Assembly (NCBI GenBank): GCA_051941275.1
Contig: JAVEBF010000035.1
Span: 1 to 42,629 of the forward strand
From: Dirinaria sp. TL-2023a
Lineage: Eukaryota
Direction: 5' to 3'
Length of the DNA stretch: 42,629 bases
Shown: positions 24,886 to 38,072 of the stretch, one piece after another
Layout of the letters: each line of letters starts with the position of its first letter
Numbering within the stretch: position 1 is the stretch's first letter
The notes under the pieces: model-generated
The model's input: the letters and a program-made list of their open reading frames with translations, nothing else
The model's database searches: none
Told to the model about the DNA's origin: nothing
Made by a program: the position numbers and the translations under genes

Positions 24886-26533
24886 AGAATACCGCCAGCA
24901 GCAAAAGTACTGACAGGATAGCGGCAGCCTTTCATTTGCTCTCTGCGCAGCGGTGAGCGCATCTTGCTATTGTCCTCACTCGGGCCAACAGCATCTACTG
25001 CGTAACTATGTTGTAGCGTTTTTCTTTGCTCTTCCCTCAAGATTTTGCATAGCGGTGGGCGCTCTACCAGGTCACGGTCATTACTTACCTCAAAATAGAT
25101 CTTCTGCATCTGGGATGGAGTTTTTCTTTGGGCGCTTTTGTTAGACTTCTTATGCGCCGGGCAAGCTCATAATATAGACATTCTTGCGCTATTGCTAGTT
25201 GCATTACAGTCCTTTCTTTTCTTTGGCGTGGCGAAGTCTACCCTGCATCTCTCGAATATGCACGTTTTTGTCATGTGTCAGAGAAACAAAAGAGGTTTCG
25301 TCACCCTCCCGTAAGGGGATTTTCATCAATAATGGAGGCACAAAGAGATGTTTAGTTCCCTTTTCGCACGATTAATTCCTTTCGGAGAAAGGTAATTATG
25401 GTATAACTGTGCTCCGCTATTGTTTGACGGCATCAAAGAGGAAAGCAACGTCGTCGAGTGCTCTTAGCTTAGAGCACAATCGTCATGTCTATCACCTTTT
25501 TCCCCTTCTGTGACATGAAATTCGACAAGCGTTCTATCCCGTATCATTTGCAGAAACGTTTGAGTCTGGAAGTCTTAGCAACTGTTGGGCCACTGCCGTG
25601 CCTCGATATTGACGTGCCACTCCCTGTGGATATAATGTGATAGACGGATCAGCATTCGCAACGGCCTTGACGGATGTTGGTTACGAAGTTTGAACAGTCG
25701 TTGCACGGTGCAATTCACTCAGCAAAGGCAATGCCTCTTGTGCGTAGATCGCTACGAAATTAGGTAAATAGAAGGCGCCTTATATGCCGAATCTGGCTTA
25801 GCTTGGTCCAGTGTCCGGCCCGATCGCAATACCTTAAGGTACGCTCTGCTCTTCGGCCTCTCATAATTTAGATTATTAAGGTCAGCGGTATTTGTTGCTT
25901 CAACCGCCGCATTGCATTTATGCACCATGCAGAGCATACAAAAAGTTGGACTCTCGGAATCATCGGAATGAAAGAGCGAGGTTCTCAACTGCGAGACAAT
26001 GGCCCAGGCCGAAAGCATCATTTTTCACTTCGTGATCTATAGAAGGTAGGACATTGCTCACCCTTACCACAAGCTTTTGACGTGCAATATCTGTATCTTC
26101 AAAGTTCGGAAAACTCTAAAGAGATGGCATGTTCGGCATGTTCATCATATCCTGGTTGCTCTTTTCTTTTCACACTGTTCGCGAATATTCGAAGTAATCT
26201 CCTTTGCGAGCCTACCAAGTGTAGAGCCTGCGACTGTTTCCATCGCTGTTTAACCAGAATACTACACTCTACCACAGCGTAGTAAAAACGCCGGAACCAG
26301 TCACTATCAATGGCTACTCATCAGACCATTCAAAGGGTATTTGACGAGGCCTGGCGAGATGTCCCCATGCGGCGATTTAGAACAAAGAGCAAGCAAGGTC
26401 ACCTTTCACTCAATACTGCTATGCCAAACCATACAAATAATCTCTTACAAGTGTAAACATTGCCGGAACTTCTATCGTCTATGATAGTAGTGTACCGCAC
26501 TCCCAGACGCACACCTTACATTCTTCGATCAAG

Positions 26534-27073
26534 ATGGTCTCAACCAGAACGCAGAAAGGCGTAGCTCTCAAAGCGCCAACCAACTATCTTCTGGAGCAAC
26601 TTGGGGATCCCAACAACTCGAAAGTCAAGCAAGCTTACACGAAGGGCGCCGGGGGCCGCGCCGCAGCCGTGAAACCGAGAGCAGCGCCCAAGTCGAAGGA
26701 GGCAGCCGCTCCAGCGGCAAAAGTCACCAAGCAGAAGGGGAAGAAGAAGTCGACGAAGACAACGAGGTCGAAAAAGTCCGCTATTACCAAGACTGCGGCG
26801 AAAAAATCGGCGGTTGGCCGAGCAGGTGCTGCTCCTAAAGCGGCTGTTCAGACGACTCCTCCAGCTCGTGACCGAGATGCAAGAAGCGCCGCACCCACTC
26901 CTTCTCCGAGCCAGCAACTGAAGGGCCGCGCGCTGACTAAGGCTCCTTCGCCTACCAAATCTAAGACGCCGTCTCCGAGAGTGGCCAAAAAGCCCGTCAG
27001 AGCCAGCACTTTATCGCCCACAGGCCCTTCCCGTGTGAGGCATGCAGATCCTAGGCAGACCAAATCTCCGTAA
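26534..27073 (+). CDS. Hypothetical intronless K/A/P/S/T-rich basic protein, histone H1 C-terminal-tail-like composition (179 aa)
   Basis: ATG in good context (CAAGATGG), 540-bp ORF that is more GC-rich than its flanks, about 42 K+R versus 6 D+E by hand count, and no recognisable globular domain. Confidence 0.7.
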   Translation: MVSTRTQKGVALKAPTNYLLEQLGDPNNSKVKQAYTKGAGGRAAAVKPRAAPKSKEAAAPAAKVTKQKGKKKSTKTTRSKKSAITKTAAKKSAVGRAGAAPKAAVQTTPPARDRDARSAAPTPSPSQQLKGRALTKAPSPTKSKTPSPRVAKKPVRASTLSPTGPSRVRHADPRQTKSP

Positions 27074-27501
27074 GAGGATGGAAGGAAGATGTTGCTCATG
27101 GAATATGTAGTGGGGAATTAGCAGCCCCAGTGCGTGACTTTATCATTTTGAGGGGGAGCGCGAGCAGGGCATAAGGGTATGTGCGTCTTTGGATGAAGGA
27201 CCCAAAGCCAGCATTGGATAATCCAGCTGCGCGGCCTACTCTATCAGATTTTAGTAATCCCAACCCTGGTCCTCATATGTACTGTCCAGCGCTCTTCTTC
27301 TATTCTGCACTATGCACAACTACACATCAAACATACCGAAAATTAAGTGTCAAAAGTCTGCCCCCTTTCCACCTTTTTGGGCTTCCAGTATCGAAGGCCT
27401 GAGCTCTGATCGACGCTCTATATCATTAGCGCAACACCCATATGCATCTGGCTCATCCAGTCTGTAGCCCAGGCAATAGCTTCCCTTATCAAGAACCATC
27501 A

Positions 27502-30456
27502 TCAGGGATGTCCATGAGGGACCTCTCCTCTTTCATCATCGTGCTTCACCGCGTCTTGTGGCCTCGGTGCTGCAGGTTTAGTGCCTTTACTATTTCTCTC
27601 GTCTTCGCTCTGACTCGTGCAGTCGTCATCCTGGGACTCTTTCCTCAACTGCTCTGCACGGTCTCTCAGCACCTTCGCTTCCTCGGCCGCTTTCTGCGCA
27701 CGAATCTGCTTCCGCCACATGTTCGCATAGCGGCCTTTCATACTTAGTAATTCTTCATGAGTTCCTCTCTCTGCAACTTTGCCGGCGTGCAGGACCAGAA
27801 TCTGATCTGCAGTCGTGATGGTAGAGAGCCGGTGGGCAATGACAAGTGTAGTACGGCCGTGGCTTAGCGTGGCAAGCGCTGTTTGGATATGCTGTTCTGT
27901 TTCACTGTCAAGTGCTGCAGTGGCTTCGTCTAAAAGGATGATGCGTGGGTCCTTGAGGATGGTACGTGCGATCGCGACGCGTTGTTTCTCACCTCCGGAA
28001 AGTTTGAGCCCACGCTCACCAACACGGGCGTTGTAGCCATCGGGAAATCCAAGGATCTTTTCGTGTATGCTGGCTGCTCTGCAAGCTTCATAGACTTGCT
28101 CGTCTGATGCAGAGGGATTGGCATACTTGAGGTTGTACATAAGCGTCTCGTTGAAGAGGACGGTATCTTGGGGAACTACGCCGATGTGCCGGCGAAGAGA
28201 GTCTATGGTGATATCTTTCACATCATGACTGTCGATCTGAATACTTCCTTCGTCAAGGTTGTAGAAGCGGAAGAGAAGTCGAAAGACTGTAGATTTGCCG
28301 CCACCAGACTCGCCGACAAATGCAGTAGTCGTACCTGGCGCGCACCGAAAGGCGAGGCCGTCTAGAGCAGGTTTACGAGGATCGTAAGCAAAGTGGACGT
28401 CATTGAATCGGATCTCACCTTGGCATGATGGAAGCTCAGTAGCTTGAGGTTCGTCGGTAACAGAAGGACGCTCTTTGAAGAGTTCAAGCATTCGCTCAGA
28501 ATTAATCATGGCGGACTGGATCGATCTATAGAACGTGCCAAAAAAATTCAATGGTCCTTGAAGCTGAGCCATGTAAGTCAGGAGTGACACGAACCGGCCG
28601 ACTTTGCGCTGGCCGGTCGTCACTTGGTAAGCAGCTATGAAACAAGTGATCAGGAGCCCAAACGTGAACACCATATTTTGCGACACGTTCATGATGTTCA
28701 AGGACACCAAGACCTTGTATTCCGCTCTCTGGTAGTCTTGTACGGCGTTGCGGTATCGATCAAACTCATACTTCTCCGCGTTGAAATACTTGACGGTTTC
28801 ATACGAGACCATTGAGTCGTTCCTTTCGAGTATTCAATAAGTAGCTGATTGGGAACCCATCGTACGCAAAAGGTGATCAAAGGCACTTACTTGACAGCGT
28901 CTTCTTGTCTGCTGGAGTTCACCATCTCTCGCCGGATCTCCGCTCGCCATTGAGCTAAACGAATGGTAAGGTACAAGTACACAAAAGTCACAATGGCAAC
29001 GACGAGTGCGTAATAGGCATCGAAAGCCACCAAGAAATATCCTATCGCAACAGCTAAATCCACGAGCATTGGTATGACTTGGAAAGTGAGTTGCTCGAGA
29101 AACGTGTTTATCGAATTGCCCTTACTTAAGGCCGAGAGCACTTCTCCGGTCTTTTTACCCAAGTGGAAATCCAGACTAAGGCCATGGACGTGTTCAAAAG
29201 CGGCCGTTGATAACTCTTGGTACGAGTATTGGCCTATAGGTATCCAGAGAGCGCTTCGTAAGGCGCCGAGAGCACCATTGTTGCCCTGAAGCACTCGATA
29301 GAAAATATATAGGCATATTGGACCCCATGGAATACCGCGGTTTTCCCCATTCTCACCAGAAAGAATATCGGTGATGGCACCAACTTGAATAGGAACCAAG
29401 ACATTGACCACACGAGCTACCATGATAAGGATGAAGCAGACGACCACAATAATCTGCAGTCGGACAGATTTCGCGGGCCAAAGGTATGGGAAGAATAACG
29501 AGTAACCACGGATATATTCCCACCAACTTTTGGACGGGATCGTGTCTGGCCTGACCCAGCCAGATGTTTCTTCTTTTGGATGCTCGGAATCTGTACCGCC
29601 GTAGCTCTGAGCGGGAGGACGGCCGTTCTCTGCACTACCATTCAGTAGGCCAGTTGTTTCCGCGGAATTTCCTTTTTTGGCCAGTCTGGAGCGCCTCTGC
29701 CCGAACGTGCGAAGTAGGACAAAGAGGCAATAGAAGCATATCAAAGCTAATATGAACAGTATCCGCAGTATATCGATGACGATCTCCACGGCCTCCCAGT
29801 TCGTAACGCCTTTTCTCAATTGACCGCCGCTGGGACTACCGGCTTTGGGTTCTCGATGCTTACTGCCATACAACGCCAAGGACGCACCCAGTTGTGTTAG
29901 TTCAAAAACCAAGGCTATGATCCAGGTAAAGAAGTGTGCGGCTGTAGGTGATGGTTTCGTGTCCAGCAATGATATCAAGACTAGGCTATAAACAAAGAAC
30001 GAGGCCACAACGTAGATCTTGCATGGGGCGATTAGTCTATACATATTGCATAGAGCAAGCATGATGGGTACCTACTGCCACAGACTTCCCACACCACCAA
30101 TTGTCCTTTCGATCCAAAATGGCATGGAGAATCACAACACCTGCGTTGGACACCAAAGTGGCAATTGCACCTACCGACAGCCAGTTGAACAGGGATTTCC
30201 TGGAAGCGCTGAAGTCCAACGCGTTATCTTTCGGTCTTCTTCTAGTTTTCTGTGGTAAAGGCTTTCCTCCAGGTCCGGTCTGCAAGTCTGAGGGCTGAGC
30301 GACCGCAGGATCAGAGGCAGTAATAATGCTATGGGCCGTGAAGGCAATAAGAAAACACGCAAGGAGAACGATAGGAGAAGAGTAATGGATGTAAATCAAA
30401 ATGTCTTGGACAATCCGGTTGGCGACCCAGGGTCTGCTGGCCACTGCCATAGCCAT
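27502..30456 (-). CDS. HMT1: Heavy-metal tolerance half-size ABC transporter, HMT1/ABCB6 family (~942 aa; exons 30456-30076, 30017-28891, 28822-27502)
   Basis: Hydrophobic N-terminal extension, TMD motifs (LFFPYLWP, FEHVHGLSLDFHLGKKTGEV), Walker A GESGGGKST, signature LSGGEKQR, Walker B IILLDEATAALD and H-loop IAHRLST. Introns 30075-30018 and 28890-28823. Confidence 0.93.
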
Positions 30457-30940
30457 GCTGGAACTTCTCGATATGATTGCCAGAAACGAGGAATGGCAAG
30501 CACCAATGGTGGACCGTATCCTGTGGGAACTGATAGTCCAGATAGTCAGAGCGGAGATGTGGCCATCACAGATTGCGGTCTGACACACGGGCCCTAAAAG
30601 AATGATGGTCAAGGAAATTCATCAAGTCCCGTGAGCATGGTCTTCCCGTCGTCAAGGTCTTGTGGTTCGTGTGGGCAGCAACATCAACAATGGGCATCCC
30701 TGGCAGGCGGGCGGGGGGAGTAGGAAGATAGAAGTACTAGAGTAAGATACCGGAAAGTAAAGTAGCTTGAAGCCTGGGCCGCCCTCACTAAAATACTTCT
30801 CTCTCTTTTTTCTTTTTTTTTTTCCCTTTACACACTTATCAGCTAAACTCAAAGCTCCAAAGCGGTGTGTTAGGCCTTAAAGTTCCCACGATGATCAGAT
30901 TTCCATTGGCGACCAGTTAAGGTTGGGTTAAGGCAAGTGT

Positions 30941-30976
30941 CACAGTAGTTGCAGTAGCCACAGGAGTTGCAGTAGC
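30941..30976 (+). repeat. 18-bp tandem duplication CACAG(T/G)AGTTGCAGTAGC x2
   Basis: Copies at 30941-30958 and 30959-30976 with one mismatch, lying in the HMT1/RTC1 divergent intergenic region. Confidence 0.85.
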
Positions 30977-31423
30977 AGGAATCGCTCCCGGCAGACTTCC
31001 CCGAATCCCCAGTACCGGAACGAGTTAAGTGACAACGTCCTTCTAGGCCTCTCTGGGCCACCACCCAGAACCCTCGGGACTCTTAGTGGCCCGGTTTCGC
31101 GTTTCCCACTTAGCACATGCTTGGAGCAGGAAGCTAATGCGCCGAATCTGCATTCTGCAATCACCTGCACTACTACCACCTTACTGCACCGCACGCACAG
31201 CTCCCACAGCTTGAGCGTTGCCCAGCCTCACTTCCCTCCATCCGCGTCAATAGATATCTAATCCCATCCTCGCCTGGCGCTCGTCGTTGCTTGCCACGCT
31301 TACAGCAAGAGCATCCCTGCTGATCGCAATCATCAAGTAAGGACATTGGTTTAATGGCGGTGCTGTGCGATACGTGGCGCCTGTCCGCGGTCCTTAGATC
31401 TCCTCGTTGTTGATGCCCTGCTC

Positions 31424-34400
31424 ATGTCGACCCTACCCCATGGTGTACTAGATCCAGCAGCTCCAGCAAACTCGGCCCTTCCGCCTCCAGCCCCACCTCT
31501 ACCTCCCCAACATTACGGACATCGAGCGGCGAATGCTCTCGCTCGCTTCGCTCAACCCTTCATCCATGGCTCACGTCCGCCCAGCGCCAGTGGGGATCGG
31601 CCCTCCGGTTTCACATCGTCCGGGCTGAGGCCCAGGACATCCAGGTTAGGGATGTCCAGTGCGAACGCGCAGTCATAGCCCCAGTTCACTGATCGTTCCC
31701 AGTGCCCTGTCCTCAAAGACCACAACGCATAAAACGGGTATTCCTATTGCAGCGCTCGACAAGTCGCCCGATTCTACCCATGCAATCCTGGCCGGCCGTG
31801 ACATTTTGAAGACTATTCAAGTTTCTGGAACCTCCTGTACCGAAGAATTTAATCTTCGGTCTCACATCATCGCATACGCGGCGGCTCATAAGAATGCAGG
31901 TGAAGCATCATCGGGGAGATATAAGGACCACTTGGCTGCAAACGACGTAAAATGGTCCCATGGGCGTTATGACACTACAATTGCGACGGCGGCGGCAAAT
32001 GGTCAAATCGTGATATATGACCTTAACCGACGTGATGTGGAGCTGGCACGCTTGCATGAGCACAACCGCCAAGTGCACAGAATCGCTTTCAATCCCCACC
32101 AGGGCGCCCTGTTACTCTCGGGAAGCCAAGATGCAACAGTGCGACTGTGGGACATGCGTGAAACGGGCGTGGACAATGGCCTGGTGTCAGGTCGAAGTGT
32201 CGGAAAGTATTCACTGAACAACGAAGGCATCCGCGATCTACAGTGGTCACCTACCAATGGGGTTGAGTTCGCAGCTGGCACAGATAACGGTGTCATACAA
32301 CGCTGGGACTTCCGCAAAAACAACTCCCCCCTGCTAAAGGTTAATGCACATGAAAAGACCTGTCACTCAATCGACTGGCATCCGGACGGAAAGCATCTTG
32401 CGAGCGGAGGAGCAGACAAGAACATCAAGGTATGGGATTTCTCCTCCACAGATCGCCGAATGAAGGTGGCTTGGCAGATCCGAGCTCCCCAAGCTGTCCT
32501 AAATGTTCGCTGGCGCCCACCCTGGTCGACAGCTAGTGGACAGGGTCTGTACAACTGGGAATGTACCCAGCTTGCAGCATCGTATGACCAATTAGACCCA
32601 CAAATACACATTTGGGACCTTCGACGCCCCTACATGCCATGTCGACAACTTGGCCGTTACGATAACCCCACGGCGGCCCTCCTTTGGCACTCTGAAAGCC
32701 TTCTCTGGTCAGTTGGTACGGCAGGGATGTTCGTGCAGACAGATGTCGAGCATACCTCATCAGTACTTGATCAGAGGAGCCCTAACGTCATCGCGGTCGC
32801 GCCTACAGGACAAATGAGAATCTTCGCTGAAAAGAGATCAAGGCGACATAACGCCTTAGAAAGCATGCCACATGACTTCATTGCCGATATGAGAGAGCGC
32901 GGCAGTAGTGACGAAAGGCTTAGTACCAGCCACAATACAACCATCGGCAGTCACGAAGAGCCTTCACTACTTAGCACGTCCTTCAAAGCCCGTCAATGGA
33001 AAGCAGCAAGCACACGACCGTCGAAATTGGTCGCTAGTACTCCTCCCTCTGCTGGCTCTGGTGGGCAGGTACTCAAGCTGGATGAATCTTTACAGAAAGA
33101 GTTCCTACATTGTCCAACTCAAGTGGGTGCGAGCGGACACGTATTAGGCGTCTTTGACGACAATGTATTCAAATTTCTGGCCTGCAACTACAAGCCACTA
33201 AGTTTAACGCTTAAGGCTGATATGCAAAGGAATTTGCATGAATCAATCAGTGAAGTATTCGAATATAACGCTTCTCTTGCAGCCTGCGCTGCGCAACACA
33301 GACTCGCTCACAGCTGGCGAGTTTTAGCCATGGTAGTTAGAAAGGAACTCAAAAAGAGGGCAGAGGTCAATTTCGCACTCCGGAGGAAAGGCGCAATTGC
33401 TTTCACCAGTTTAGCAAACTCTGTAACTTCGCAGAGCAGGCATAGGAAAGAGAGCGAGGTGGCACTCGGGTCAAAAGTAGACCATGGGCTATCGGATGAT
33501 GAAGGCCTGGGGGGCCCATCGAAATTATCAGCATTCCACAAACAGGAGAACAGTTCAAATTTGACGACTCCATTGGCCCGACCAGTACCAGACCCTCCTT
33601 TAGTCCAAGACAGATTTCGAAGCTCGGCGCTCAGAGATGAAGGTGACACATTTAGTTTACCTATACCAGCACTTGCAAAGCCAAATAGTCGGCGTTCCAT
33701 TCCCGATCGAAAAGGTTTGGAGAACATGGCAAATGGAAATGTTGCAACCATGACCAACCAAGGCTCGTCAGAGAACGAGCAAGAAGAATTAGTGTACCAT
33801 ACACCATCGATACCTCCAGTAACCGGTTTTCTCGACCTCGATCTGCAAATGAGTGAGCGGAGAGCAGCTATGAGCAACTACAGAACACAACCACGACCTC
33901 CCCTGAGGCTCGATGACCCGTTCCACTTACAGGGAGAAGGGTTTTTAGCACCGTCGCTGGGGCGAGAAGACTCCGACGAGAGCTTCCAAATTTTTTCGGC
34001 TTCTACAGAGAGCTCGCAACGTGCGGCCTCCATTGGAGGTTCCTTTGGCAGCAACCGAAGTTCTGATAAGTCCGATCTTGCTCAGGAGCGGTCCAATTTT
34101 GGTCATAACACGAGCAGCGAAGACCATATGGAGCTTGGAAACTCATATCTGATGTTTGAAAGCCATGAGTCGCACCTAACACCTCTGAATGATCCATCTC
34201 TTCCTAAATCCACTCAAGAGAATTCACAGCTAACAACCACGGGAGGCTATCCAACAGCTCCGCCACCCACATTGATACCCCGATTCAATCCACAGCCCCC
34301 CGTCATCCATCTCAATGATATTGATATCCCAGAGGGTCTTAAATCTCCCTCAGAGGACTTATCTTCTCCGTCTCATTTCACCCCTTTCGATTACTTACGA

Positions 34401-35285
34401 TTCACAAGTGAACTGCCTTCCAAGCCCTGGGACATAAACTCCCTTGTCCTCGCTCTAGTAAATTATCACATCACTACACTATTAGATAGCCAGACACCAG
34501 CGATACTTCTCCTCTCTCTCTTGCCCTTCTTTCCTTGCCTCCTTCCCCCATCACTCATCACCTCTGTTCTCCTATCATATCATAATCAACTCACATCCCT
34601 CTCCCTCCACACCCAAGCCGCGGAACTGCGCAACCTCGCCTATCCTACCAACCATGAAGTCTACGAGTACGGCACCTACGGCATCGTAAGCGGTCGGGGC
34701 TGGTGCAGTGTCTGCCAAAAACCGAGCAAGGGCGGCAGAGAAGGTCATTGTGCCCGTTGTCGCCAGCATTGGGGGCCATGTCCGATCTGCAATGACGAGG
34801 GCCCTCTGCCTCTCCCTCGCTCGGCTCGCGTACAAGGATTCGAATATATTAATGCGAGCAAGCTTTGGGGCTGGTGCCAAGTCTGTGCTCACGGCGGCCA
34901 TCTTAGCTGTCTGCGGACATGGTGGTCTGACATTCAAATCGGTGAAGGAGGCTGTGCTACAATAGGGTGTCTGCATGACTGCATTGCTGGTATCCGTCGA
35001 GACGACAACGTTAGGAGGGCAGCCGAGGAGAGGAAAGCGGACTCTGTTAAAGGGGATGAATGGATTGTTGGAGAGTCTGCTGCTGTGGGGAAGGCTCGGG
35101 ATCTTGTCGGGAGCAGGGGAGAGGGGATTGAAAAGGGAAGAAGCGAGGGAAGGGGTCCACTGAGTGCCGGGCTAGGAGGCAGGAGCGCAAGTGGCGGGAA
35201 GAAAGTCAGGCTGATTGTGCCTGGTGCAGAGGCTAACAGTGGGTCTCATACCGTGGAAGCAACGACAAGTGCGAGTGTGCCGTAA
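31424..35285 (+). CDS. RTC1: SEA/GATOR2 complex subunit Rtc1/Sea2 (WDR24-like); WD40 propeller plus C-terminal RING (~1267 aa; exons 31424-31644, 31703-35285)
   Basis: WD40 repeats ([35 protein letters not shown]) and a C-terminal zinc-binding region (CSVC...CARC...CPIC...[18 protein letters not shown]...[10 protein letters not shown]). Intron 31645-31702 (GTTAGG...CTGAT...CAG) fuses ORF 31424..31678 to 31659..35285 in frame. Confidence 0.92.
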
Positions 35286-36009
35286 ACTCTGCTTCCAGTC
35301 TGATGGATAATATATCAGTCATAGAAGCTAAAAGCAATTCATCATCCTAAGCCGTTCTCAATCGGTTCGTCCTTGGGAAACATTCTCGATAAATTAGTAG
35401 TAGTATCTTACTCTCGCAAATAACCCGGAGACGCTTACCTGAAAATCAACAAAGATGGAAGCACCGTCCCCACCAGAGTAATCGGAATCGAATTGTATCC
35501 TTCCCTCTGTCCCTGCGCAGCTTTATTCAAGCGTGCAGAAAAGAGAGAAATAGACACGCTGCGTATTGCACTAAAGTGACATACCGTGAGGCATTCACAA
35601 TCTTCACAATGACTCTCCCATACGGACATCCTTCGCTACCCCGAGGGAAAGCTAGGAGCCGTGCGTTTCTGATGCCAATTGCGGACGCTTTTGCGCCGGG
35701 CCCTTACGGGCAGTCACAGCCAGCACTGCAAAGAGTGAAGTCTGTGATGGTGTGATGAAGATTACTCCGAATTTCTCATTTGCACAGGGGAAAAGTGCCG
35801 ATGACGGCGCTGATCTGTATGTGAGCAAAGAAACGCAGCGATGGTGGAGACGGTGCTTAAAGAGTTGCAGAAGAGTGGAGCGGAGGTTCTTATACGGATA
35901 TTTTCATTACGGGGCTAACCTACCTTAGTTGTTTTGATACATGTGTGAAAGATCTTACCTCGCTTATCAGCGGGAACTGGCTCCGGCAAAGATTTTATCC
36001 ACCGTGATG

Positions 36010-36272
36010 AGTACATACCTTACCTTATATGATATACTCCCGTACATAGTAAAGTGCCTTACTTTAAGGAGCCAATGAGCCAATCGGAACAGAGACACAA
36101 GTGGGGGCGGGGACAGGGGGGCAAGCCACCTTCAAGTTGCATTCGCTACACCGTACTCCGTACTGTACTGTACATACTACTGTATCACGTTACCTTAAGG
36201 TACCCTAGGCATCTTAGGTACTTTCTATTCTATTTTACCTTGAGTTGTATGTAAGGTAAGGTAAGGTAAAGG
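36010..36272. repeat. Cluster of TACCT/AGGTA and GTAC repeats including TACCTTAAGGTAC (36191-36203) and (GTAAG)n at ~36251-36269
   Basis: Read directly from the sequence in the RTC1-ELL intergenic region. Confidence 0.8.
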
Positions 36273-38072
36273 CTTTGTGTCAAGATCTCTTCTCTTCAAT
36301 GGAGCACCTGATTCACTATGGAGAGGGTCTTGTGCCTCATGCTGAAGGTTCCAACCCTCATCAACGTTGACTCTAGAGTAGTAGTCTCCATTGCCAACCT
36401 CCATCCCGGCCGCAAACCCGGACTACCCATGATAGCATGCGACCATGGGCTGCTCTCTGCGCATCAACCGACCAGATGAGCCAGTCGATTTGTCAACTTT
36501 CACCATCTGCAACAGATCCATTCGGAACGGCTTTTTTTCAAGCTTAAAGATAAATGGTATCGAATTGACAGTTATGCGACGAAACGGCAACGAGATGAAT
36601 GGGGTCAGGCCAACAGGATTGAGCTGGAAGTTTGATGATACATGGCTTGGTGTTGGGGTAGAAGAACATGCATCTAAGCCCCACGGCCCTCATGCTGTTG
36701 TTCTACGCAGGAACCCGCCACAAGTTTAGGACCCGAATTGTCCGTCCGATCGACTAGCCAGCCAGAAGTATGAACGGCTGTGAATTCTGTAGTCCTTTAG
36801 TTTATCGAAGGTCATCAGGCAAGAGAACCAGCTCAGCTGTGGTAGGTGACTGCCAGCTAAGGTATGCATGAAAAGAATTCAAACATTAACATCTGAGGGT
36901 TCTTTACAGCTTACACTAGTCCTATGATTCTCGAACATGATATATGTGATGAGACACGCTTGACTATTGCAAAACGCCTGTGGAAGCTCCTAAAGATAGT
37001 AAGCAGCGAAATCGTTGGTATCGCAGGAATTTGGTAGAATGAATCCAAATGCGTAAAGTACCTCGGAAATCGGCCTTCGTGCGGTCGTTTCTACAAGTAA
37101 ATAAACTATACTCAACCTCAAGCCTACCAGGCCTCTTTCAGCCACGAGTCAGAAAAACCAGCCGGGTGCTCTCGTCATGGCAATGCAAGGAGCAAAGCAA
37201 AGGATCCAGCGAAAACCGACAGCCGTTGGATCAAAGAGGCGAACACGAGGCTTGCCTACGAAGTGCTGTACTATACATCTGCATAACGCTCATTGGGCGT
37301 GACAAACGTGGAAGATAAATCCCGCGGGCGTTCAAGGCTCTCGGCCCATTATGTATGATGTACGGAGTAGGGAAGGGTAAAAGAAACCAACTCTAATACG
37401 GTAATCATGTGGGGTGATGTGCCTGGCTCGCCCGCCCCGTCCGCCAATCGTCTCGCTCCCGTCCCCCATGCCTGGTGCTTGGAAAGCATCATCAGCTTGA
37501 TGGACGAGAAAAGACAAATGCGCTGTCCGTGCTGAAGTCGCGTGTGGGTGGACATTTGCTGTTCTTAGCGGACACACAGACCGTTGATGATTGTGATTGT
37601 GATACAGTTGTGGCACCTTAAGATAGTCACGCTCTTATGGTGTGAGGTACCCTAATGTGAATATCGTTGTGGCCGGCTTCATACGCCTTGCAGGAAGTTT
37701 TGGGGAAATTTGTACCTATTGAGTTGACGGGAGAATTCCTTACGCTATCCGACGATCATTCGGCCTCGTTTCTGGGTGTCCCGCCTTTCTTTGTCATACA
37801 GCTACTACTACTGTAAAGTGCAACGCCTGACATTCCTCGCTCGCTGCTGCTCCTCCTCCTCCTCCCCTTCCTCCTTCCCCCCCAAGGTCATTTGCCTATT
37901 TCTTTACACACTCATTGCTAGATTGATTGTTCGCCACAGCTTCAAGCGACCAATGCGCAGCTATCTGTGCGCCCCTCACATAGATTGTCACGGTCGATGG
38001 ACCATATAGCAGCAAATCCCGCCCGTCGTTCTAATCCGTTTTTCGATGCTTGGAAATTTCCAATTCTCTGAC

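Noticed and set aside
31424..31702. Apparent frameshift between ORFs 31424..31678 and 31659..35285 in RTC1
   Set aside because: Fully explained by a canonical 58-nt intron (31645-31702).
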